DNA from: Acaryochloris marina MBIC11017
GTDB lineage: Bacteria; Cyanobacteriota; Cyanobacteriia; Thermosynechococcales; Thermosynechococcaceae
Direction of reading: 5' to 3'
Assembly: GCF_000018105.1 (NCBI RefSeq)
Contig: NC_009925.1
Coordinates: forward strand, 2,850,001-2,882,000
Length of the DNA: 32,000 bases
Below, piece by piece: positions 7,640 to 14,438 of this stretch. Every line of letters begins with the position of its first letter. The first letter of the stretch is position 1. A program made the position numbers and the translations under genes. Below the pieces are notes generated by a model. It was not told the DNA's origin. It worked only from the letters and a program-made list of their open reading frames with translations, and did no database searches.

Positions 7640-9508
7640 TTAGGTTTCGTCGAAGGATAGGTTGGCAAAATGTTCTTGGAGGTAGCGGTGAACGAAGACG
7701 TAGCTACCACCTGTGCGGTAGATAAAAAGGCGATCTTCCGCTTGCTGAAAAAAGGTGACAAAATTCCAGGGGATTTGCTTAGTGTGGTAAAGGACTAAAC
7801 GCATCGCAAAGTGCTGAATAGAGGTTAGTCCTCCTCCTGCAAGAAAAGCTCCCATGATTGGTAACCCTATGACTAATCGAATAACGCGTTTCACTAAATT
7901 TGGGTCTAAGGACGAAAGCAAAATATTTTTCAAGAAAAAATAAATAATAATCGTAAAAAAAATCGATATTGTAACCGTGATCACCATAGTTTTGAGAGAT
8001 TCCCAAATACCTTGATTTGGGAAAGTCCGCTTTATAATATCGACTTTTAAGCCTCCAATCAGCCCTAAAATTAGCCCAAAAATCAGTCCGAAAATCAGCC
8101 CTCCAATCAGTCCGAAAATCAGCCCTCCAATTAGCCCTCTAGTTAGCCCAACAATTAGCCCAAAAATTAGCCCAACAATTAGCCCAACAATTAGCCCTCT
8201 ATTTAGTCCATAAGTTAGCTCTCTTCTCAACGACGCCAAAATGTCTCGTCCCGTTGTTCGGGACATTGAAATTTTTAAAGCTTCTACAAGAACAATAGGT
8301 TTTTGCCCTCCAATCAGTCCTCCAATCAGTCCTCCAATCAGCCCGTAAATTAGCCCTAAAATTAGCCCAGAAATTAGCCCTTCGGGTAGCCATCTAAGCC
8401 CTCTAATCAGCTCAAAAATCGGCTTAAAATTCGAATTGCAAGTCGCATCGATAGTCGAATCGCAAATCAAATCGAAAATCTCTCCTCTTATCACATCTCC
8501 AGTCAGCTCATAAATCAGTCCTCCAATTAGCCCTAAAATTAGCCCAAAAATCAATCCTGAAATTAGCCCATAAATCAGCCCATAAAGATATTTGTCTCTT
8601 GCTGTTTTTAACCAATCTTTGGGTTGCATTCGCTCAATCAAAAATTCTTTATCGGTCCCCATTTTCTTGGCTATTCCTCGGAGCCAGCGCAACATTTGTT
8701 GCTGTTCTTTCTCAGAAGACAAAGGTCGCTGAGCAAACATTCGTTCAATATAGCGTTCAAACAGGAGGCTTAATTTCTGGTCTTTATCTAAATGAAGTAA
8801 CTCCTGAGGTGAGCGATTGCAATAGGCCAAAGTCAAAATCCTCAGAAAAAGCGGCGTATTGGTTAAATCCCGCAGCGAAGAATTGACCTTTGAAGAATTG
8901 GCCTTTTTTAAACCAACGAGTGCTTCCCCTCCCTGTTGTAAATACTCATTCACCTGCTTGTCTTTTAAAGGTTGAACATACACCGCTGCTTGAAACCCTT
9001 TTAATCTTGTGTTCAGTGCTTTATAGTCAGCAATTCGGCAGCACAGCACGATTTCGATATTGCCAAATTTTTGCCGAAACTGATTTAATGCGTCTACACA
9101 AGCATCACGATATTGGGGTTTGACTTCATCCAAACCGTCTAACAGCAAGGTCCATTTCTCTTGCCTCAGCCAAGTTTTCCCCACTTCTATGCGAACTAGA
9201 TATTGCTGCCATAGCTCTTCCAGCAGCCACTTGGTAAAGACTAGCGTTCCATCTGCAGGGAACCGCTGACTGCCCCAAGCCGACAAATTCAACACAATCG
9301 GTATCGGTTGTTTTAGTTCTCGAAAATCAGTCGCTTTCAATAAATCTTGCGCTAGCTCCAACAGCAACGTCGTTTTCCCGGCACCCGGTTTTCCCAGCAC
9401 CAGCAACGTTCCCCCACTGCCTAAATTGGCGAATCGATCCAGTAAGCACGTACCAGGGGGCAACAACTGTTGCTCTTCTCCCTCGCTTGGCCATTTCACC
9501 CCCACCAT
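7640..9508 (-). CDS. NACHT-family STAND NTPase with an internal glycine-zipper (GLIx)n transmembrane array
   Basis: 622 aa. Walker A is LVLGKPGAGKTTLLLEL and Walker B is LLLDGLDEV. The NACHT-type C-terminal strand is LFIYRTGGSYVFVHRYLQEHFA. Residues 307-487 contain three blocks of GLI(F/G/L/V/Y/S) repeats, followed by two ordinary TM helices. Confidence 0.85.
   Translation of the reverse strand: MVGVKWPSEGEEQQLLPPGTCLLDRFANLGSGGTLLVLGKPGAGKTTLLLELAQDLLKATDFRELKQPIPIVLNLSAWGSQRFPADGTLVFTKWLLEELWQQYLVRIEVGKTWLRQEKWTLLLDGLDEVKPQYRDACVDALNQFRQKFGNIEIVLCCRIADYKALNTRLKGFQAAVYVQPLKDKQVNEYLQQGGEALVGLKKANSSKVNSSLRDLTNTPLFLRILTLAYCNRSPQELLHLDKDQKLSLLFERYIERMFAQRPLSSEKEQQQMLRWLRGIAKKMGTDKEFLIERMQPKDWLKTARDKYLYGLIYGLISGLIFGLILGLIGGLIYELTGDVIRGEIFDLICDSTIDATCNSNFKPIFELIRGLRWLPEGLISGLILGLIYGLIGGLIGGLIGGQKPIVLVEALKISMSRTTGRDILASLRRELTYGLNRGLIVGLIVGLIFGLIVGLTRGLIGGLIFGLIGGLIFGLIFGLILGLIGGLKVDIIKRTFPNQGIWESLKTMVITVTISIFFTIIIYFFLKNILLSSLDPNLVKRVIRLVIGLPIMGAFLAGGGLTSIQHFAMRLVLYHTKQIPWNFVTFFQQAEDRLFIYRTGGSYVFVHRYLQEHFANLSFDET
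8048..8212 (-). repeat. 12-nt in-frame tandem repeat block C (about 13.5 units) encoding (G-L-I-x)n
   Basis: The plus strand reads ccaatcagccct aaaattagccca aaaatcagtccg aaaatcagccct ccaatcagtccg and so on. It translates on the minus strand to YGLNRGLIVGLIVGLIFGLIVGLTRGLIGGLIFGLIGGLIFGLIFGLILGLIGGL. Confidence 0.9.
8306..8383 (-). repeat. 12-nt in-frame tandem repeat block B encoding EGLISGLILGLIYGLIGGLIGGLIGG
   Basis: It has the same 12-nt unit family (ccaatcagtcct ccaatcagtcct ccaatcagcccg taaattagccct ...). Confidence 0.9.
8504..8590 (-). repeat. 12-nt in-frame tandem repeat block A encoding YLYGLIYGLISGLIFGLILGLIGGLIYEL
   Basis: It has the same 12-nt unit family (aaatcagtcct ccaattagccct aaaattagccca aaaatcaatcct gaaattagccca taaatcagccca). 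Confidence 0.9.
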
Positions 9509-9517
9509 CTTAGGCCT

Positions 9518-9942
9518 CTACTCCAATCTCACCGAGATCCGAGTCTGCTCCTTCAGAGATTTTTTCAACCCCCCATCAATCCATGTAACCCGCACCTTAT
9601 CCATCAAACCTTTGCGATTGTCTTGCCACCGGGCTTCATCTAATTCAGTCGTTGTCAGCATCTGGACTATATCCGCCACCATCATGCCCGATAGCCCCAC
9701 CAGTACAACGACGTAGAGTGGACCAATCGACTCCGTATCAGGGCCCTTCGGTGATTTACTAAAAACAAAAGCAAACGCTGCCGATTCGACCACCAGTTTC
9801 AGCGATGTTCCCCACTTGGCTTTTTTTGTTCAGCCGGGATAAATCCTAATATCCAGCCCATCACCACTGGAATAAACACCGTAAAAAGAGGTGTTATGGC
9901 CGCCGGAAGAATAGAATTACTAAGTAATGTGAGGAAAGTCAT
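9518..9942 (-). pseudogene. Disrupted 5' part of the NACHT gene: TM-helix N-terminus, A7 frameshift, then an in-frame TAG
   Basis: ATG 9942 opens MTFLTLLSNSILPAAITPLFTVFIPVVMGWILGFIPAEQKK and runs through an A7 tract (plus-strand T7 at 9821-9827) to TGA 9801-9799. One extra A would join it to frame 9793..9518 (...AKWGTSLKLVVESAAF...ARWQDNRKGLMDKVRVTWIDGGLKKSL...ISVRLE). That frame ends at TAG 9520-9518 and is in frame with the NACHT ATG at 9508 (LE*RPKMVGV). Confidence 0.6.
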
Positions 9943-10279
9943 CAAATTTTATGAGCATAAATAAGCAGTTATCAACGACTATAAATGAGACTGAAGGCAA
10001 AACCTACTCCCACTTACTCATTCAAACCCCGGTTGGTACCCTGTCTCGTGCGCCCGACGCTCTCATCTTTAATATCTGGGCAAAGTTATCAAGCTCCATG
10101 TCCTGACCTCACCCCTTCATACCATTGGCTAATCAACATAGATCCACCAAGCCAAGACGACTCCCCCTTAGAACCGGGCATTCTAGATATAAAGCGATGT
10201 AAAGTTGGCACCTTTGATTCAGACAGCCACCCTAGTGAAATCTGGAGCCGTCTGAGGATTTCCCGTCCAAAAAACGTCT

Positions 10280-12172
10280 ATGCTCCATTGTCTGAACCCC
10301 ACTTGCACCCATCCCCAGAATCTGGATGGCCATGAAACCTGCCAGAACTGTGGCCAACCCCTGATCGGCATATTGCGCCATCGATATCACATCATCAAAC
10401 CCCTAGGGCAAGGTGGGTTTGGCATTACCTATTTAGCCGAAGATCTTGAGCGATTTAACGAAACCTGCGTCGTTAAACAACTAACCTACCAAAGCCCGGA
10501 TAGCCCAGGAGCCCAGCAAAAAGTCCAAGACCTGTTTACCCAAGAAGCCCAACAGCTCTTTCAACTCGGCACCCATCCGCAAATTCCCAACCTGCTCGCC
10601 TACTTCCATGAAGGAGGCCGTCAATATCTCGTCCAAGAATTTATTGAGGGTCATAATCTTTTTCAAGAATTGAAACGTGAAGGGATCTATAACGAAACCA
10701 AACTAAGGCACTTTCTCTCCAGCATTCTGCCCGTTTTGGACTATATCCATACCCAAGGCGTCATTCACCGCGATCTGAAACCCCATAACATCATGCATCG
10801 CTCCGCCGACGATCGTTATTTCCTGATTGACTTTGGGGTGACCAAGCAGGTCAATACTCAAGAAACCGTCGGCACTGTTTTAGGCAGCGAAGGCTATGCC
10901 GCCTTTGAGCAATTAAACGATGGACGTACTTATCCTGCTAGTGATTTATACAGCCTAGGGGTGACCTGTTTTCATTTCTTGACAGGCCATGATCCACGGT
11001 CACTTCAACTGCAAATTGGATACTCTTGGACCCAAAACTGGCAGAAACACCTTTCACAACCCCTCAGCCCTCAACTCATCTCAATTATTGATACGCTGCT
11101 ACAAATTAGACTCGAAAATCGCTACACCTCTGTTGAAGAAGTTCTCAAGGATTTGGAACAATCACCCACCTCCCCAACAACAGTAGACGTCGCTACCAAC
11201 AGCCCCTTTATCCATCAAACCAACAAACTTGAGCTTGCTAACACAGCCGACCATACTGCCGTCTTATTTGAACCCGATCCCCCAGCACCACCCGTCGCAC
11301 ACCCCCTATCCTCCCCCTTAGAAACCACACAATTTGAAGTAGCAACCCTCGATCTCCTCGGTCAAATTCAGTCTATCCAAACCCTGAGTGCTCAACGTTA
11401 TATCGAGGAATTAGACAATGGACTGTCCCTAAACATGGTTGCTATTCCAGCAGGGAGTTTTCTCATGGGTTCACCCCTCACAGAAATATCCAGACAAAGA
11501 TTTGAAGGTCCTCAGCATCCAGTCACAGTCCCCGCGTTTCATATGGGGCAATTTCTGATCACGCAAGCGCAATGGCAAGCCATCGCGGCACTCCCCGCCG
11601 TCAACCAAGATCTTCTCCCAGATCCTTCCCAGTTCAAGGGAGAAGACCGCCCTGTTGAAGGAATTTCCTGGCTAGATGCTGTCGAGTTTTGCGACCGACT
11701 CACCCGTAAACTCAATCGACTCTACCGCCTCCCTAGCGAAGCAGAGTGGGAATATGCCTGCCGAGCCAACACCACAGCCCCCTTTCACTGTGGCGAAAAT
11801 CTCACCTCCGATCATGCCAACTTGCATGGCATGAAAACCTATCGGTCAGCCCCCAGAGGGCAGTATCGCAATCAGACAACTCCTGTAGGCAGTTTTCGCC
11901 CCAATGCCTTTGGTCTCTACGATATGCACGGCAATGTCTGGGAATGGTGTGCCGATCATTGGCATCCCAGCTATCAAGACGCTCCTGTAGATGGCAGCAT
12001 CTGGTTCGCCCAGGAGAATGTCATTGCAGACAATGCTCCTCATCCTTGGCGAGGAGGATCTTGGTATGATGCGCCCGCAAGCTGTCGTGCTGCCTATCGA
12101 ACCTTTGCAGATGCCGACTTTAAGAGCAGTAATTTAGGCTTGCGTGTCGTCAGTCCAGTTCTGTCCCCCTAA
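10280..12172 (+). CDS. Ser/Thr protein kinase with N-terminal 4-Cys zinc ribbon and C-terminal FGE-sulfatase (SUMF1-like) domain
   Basis: 630 aa. The zinc ribbon is CLNPTCTHPQNLDGHETCQNCGQPL. Kinase motifs are the G-loop LGQGGFG, VVKQL, HRDLKPHNIM and LIDFGVTK. The C-terminal FGE-type motifs are WQAIAALP, RPVEGISWLDAVEFC, YRLPSEAEWEYACRA, HGNVWEWC and RGGSW. Confidence 0.9.
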   Translation: MLHCLNPTCTHPQNLDGHETCQNCGQPLIGILRHRYHIIKPLGQGGFGITYLAEDLERFNETCVVKQLTYQSPDSPGAQQKVQDLFTQEAQQLFQLGTHPQIPNLLAYFHEGGRQYLVQEFIEGHNLFQELKREGIYNETKLRHFLSSILPVLDYIHTQGVIHRDLKPHNIMHRSADDRYFLIDFGVTKQVNTQETVGTVLGSEGYAAFEQLNDGRTYPASDLYSLGVTCFHFLTGHDPRSLQLQIGYSWTQNWQKHLSQPLSPQLISIIDTLLQIRLENRYTSVEEVLKDLEQSPTSPTTVDVATNSPFIHQTNKLELANTADHTAVLFEPDPPAPPVAHPLSSPLETTQFEVATLDLLGQIQSIQTLSAQRYIEELDNGLSLNMVAIPAGSFLMGSPLTEISRQRFEGPQHPVTVPAFHMGQFLITQAQWQAIAALPAVNQDLLPDPSQFKGEDRPVEGISWLDAVEFCDRLTRKLNRLYRLPSEAEWEYACRANTTAPFHCGENLTSDHANLHGMKTYRSAPRGQYRNQTTPVGSFRPNAFGLYDMHGNVWEWCADHWHPSYQDAPVDGSIWFAQENVIADNAPHPWRGGSWYDAPASCRAAYRTFADADFKSSNLGLRVVSPVLSP

Positions 12173-12475
12173 GCCCCAAATTTACGGGGGGTTTGTGCTG
12201 GGAAAAAATCGCCAGAACGATGGTTACCAACCCTCGCTCAATGGGTTTATGCCAATACTCACTATCGATACAGTAAGGTATTAGTAACAGAAATAGGGGG
12301 TTTAATTGAGTTCTGTGAGTGCCTCAATTTCTCTAGCAGACTAATGTTTCAAAACATGGTAGCTTCAATATTTCAAGTGATTATTGGATAACACTATCAA
12401 AGTAAGACTTGAACAATAAGCTATTTCAGTGTGCTGAGTGATTCTTTTCAATTGATTCCTATGAATATCTAAGCA

Positions 12476-14350
12476 ATGGTTTGTTGTCTCAATCCCAAGT
12501 GTGAGAAACCCCTCAACCCGGACACCAGTAAATATTGTCAACAGTGTGGTGCTAAACTAACGCTGTTAAGACGGCGATTCAAGATGGTTCGTCTGCTGGG
12601 TAAAGGTATGTTTGGCAATACGTATCTTGCAGAAGATCGAGATAATTTGCAAGAACCCTGCATTGTCAAACAGCTCATTTGTCAAGCCCAGGGAACGGAT
12701 GCCAGCCAGACGGTTGTTGAACCATTTTTACAAGAGGCAGAACAACTTAGACGGCTGAAAAAAAACCAGCATATCCCCAGCATTTTAGCGTACTTCGAAG
12801 AAAATTATATTCCCTATTTGGTCCAGGAATTTATCGACGGCCAAGACCTGCAACAAGTCATTGAAAATCAAGGTCCCTTCAGTGAAAATCAAGTTCGGGC
12901 CTTGTTGCTAGAGCTATTACCCGTCTTACAGACCATTCATGATCAAGGGGTGATTCATCGGGATCTAAAACCCGCTCACATCATGCGTCAGCATTCGGAC
13001 AACAAGCTGATTTTGGTGGGGTTTTGTGTCTCCAAACAAATCAATTTATCTCGGTTACAACAAACCGATAACGTTCGCGAGAATACCAGCTACGCACCAC
13101 CCGAAGTCTTTGCCGTCGACAAAGCCCGTCCCGGCAGCGATCTCTATAGCCTCGGGGCAACCTGCGTCCATCTGCTCACAGGCGTTGCACCCCACGCTTT
13201 ACCGATTCAGGGCGGGGCCGTATGGGTCGAACATTGGCAACAGCATCTTCCCCAGCCGTTAAGTGCTGAATTAAAGCCAGTGCTAGAGAAGTTATTAAAG
13301 ACAGATCTAGCGGAGCGATATACATCCGCATTAGAAGTGCTCAGAGAAGTACGGGGCTTAGCCAAAGGAACCACTCGCCCCCTCCCTCAAGCACCAGCCG
13401 TTCGAGTCGCTCAGGCCGCTGGCCAGACAGCCCCGCAGGTCAGATCTCAGCCCAAAGCCCCTGCCCAGCAAACCACACTGCAGTCTAAACCCAAGTCTTC
13501 TACCCCTTCCTTCCAGGCGGAAGTTGCCCAAGTCGATGCCAATGGCCAAGTGGTGAGTCGCCAATTTCATCCGATTAGCTACATGACTGAAGATATCGGT
13601 AAGGACGTCAAGCTGGAGATGGTGCATATTCCAGCAGGCCGCTTTTCCATGGGCTCGCCCCCTAGCGAGCAGCATAGACAACAGACCGAGAGTCCCCAGC
13701 ATATTGTGTCCATTCCGGAGTTTTATTTAAGCCGCTATCCGATCACTCAAGCGCAATGGCGGTTAGTCGCCGCCTTACCCGCCGTCAAGCGCGAACTGGA
13801 TGATTCTCCGTCCCACTTTACGGGAGACAATCGCCCCGTCGAAAGCGTCTCTTGGTTCGATGTCGTCGAATTCTGTAACCGACTTTCCCAGCTCACCGGC
13901 AAGGACTATCATCTCCCTAGTGAATCTGCCTGGGAATATGCCTGCCGCGCCGCCAGCAACACACCGTTTGCCTTTGGCGAAACCCTGAACACAGAACTGG
14001 CCAATTATGATGGCACGGCAACCTATGGAGCTGGATCAACGGGGAGTTTTCGTCAACAAACCACCCAAGTCGGCAAGTTCCCAGCGAATCCGTATGGGTT
14101 ATCGGATATGCATGGCAATGTCTGGGAATGGTGTGCCGATCATTGGCATGGCAACTATGGCAATGCTCCAGTTGACGGCAGCGTTTGGCAAGATCAATAC
14201 TTTTTTGCCTGCGTGCTCCGGGGAGGAGCCTGGAACACTCAAGCGGCGAGCTGTCGTTCCGCCTCCCGCATTTGGGAAGCGGCCTCTGAACAAAGCAATC
14301 ACATTGGTTTTCGGGTGGCTTGCACCATAGCTAAACCCGCCAGCCCATAA
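12476..14350 (+). CDS. Paralogous 4-Cys zinc ribbon / kinase-like / FGE-sulfatase-domain protein, with a predicted pseudokinase core
   Basis: 624 aa. The zinc ribbon is CLNPKCEKPLNPDTSKYCQQCGAKL. It retains LGKGMFG, IVKQL and HRD, but the catalytic loop is HRDLKPAHIM (Asn to His) and DFG is replaced by GFC (LILVGFCVSK). A P/A/Q-rich linker follows, then FGE motifs (RPVESVSWFDVVEFC, YHLPSESAWEYACRA, HGNVWEWC, RGGAW). Confidence 0.9.
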   Translation: MVCCLNPKCEKPLNPDTSKYCQQCGAKLTLLRRRFKMVRLLGKGMFGNTYLAEDRDNLQEPCIVKQLICQAQGTDASQTVVEPFLQEAEQLRRLKKNQHIPSILAYFEENYIPYLVQEFIDGQDLQQVIENQGPFSENQVRALLLELLPVLQTIHDQGVIHRDLKPAHIMRQHSDNKLILVGFCVSKQINLSRLQQTDNVRENTSYAPPEVFAVDKARPGSDLYSLGATCVHLLTGVAPHALPIQGGAVWVEHWQQHLPQPLSAELKPVLEKLLKTDLAERYTSALEVLREVRGLAKGTTRPLPQAPAVRVAQAAGQTAPQVRSQPKAPAQQTTLQSKPKSSTPSFQAEVAQVDANGQVVSRQFHPISYMTEDIGKDVKLEMVHIPAGRFSMGSPPSEQHRQQTESPQHIVSIPEFYLSRYPITQAQWRLVAALPAVKRELDDSPSHFTGDNRPVESVSWFDVVEFCNRLSQLTGKDYHLPSESAWEYACRAASNTPFAFGETLNTELANYDGTATYGAGSTGSFRQQTTQVGKFPANPYGLSDMHGNVWEWCADHWHGNYGNAPVDGSVWQDQYFFACVLRGGAWNTQAASCRSASRIWEAASEQSNHIGFRVACTIAKPASP

Positions 14351-14438
14351 GCGCTGCCCACAGTCTTCAAGTCAGAGCGTAAAAAAACCGCAATAATGAT
14401 GGGAATGCTCATTTTCATGAGGTGCAACATCCTGCCGG

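Noticed and set aside
8048-8590. The short tandem repeats as a CRISPR array or a non-coding minisatellite
   Set aside because: The units are 12 nt with no spacers, always in frame, and translate into a continuous GLIx helix sequence inside a long ORF with NACHT motifs on both sides.
9985-10335. 116-aa ORF upstream of and overlapping the kinase 1 start
   Set aside because: The product is Pro/Ser-rich with no motifs. It overlaps the well-supported kinase start (MLHCLNPTC zinc ribbon) and is more likely the promoter and 5' UTR region.
12173-12190. GCCCC-N8-GGGGG followed by GTTTGTG as the terminator of kinase 1
   Set aside because: It has only a 5-bp stem and a poor U-tract, too weak to call. 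The two kinase genes may or may not be co-transcribed.
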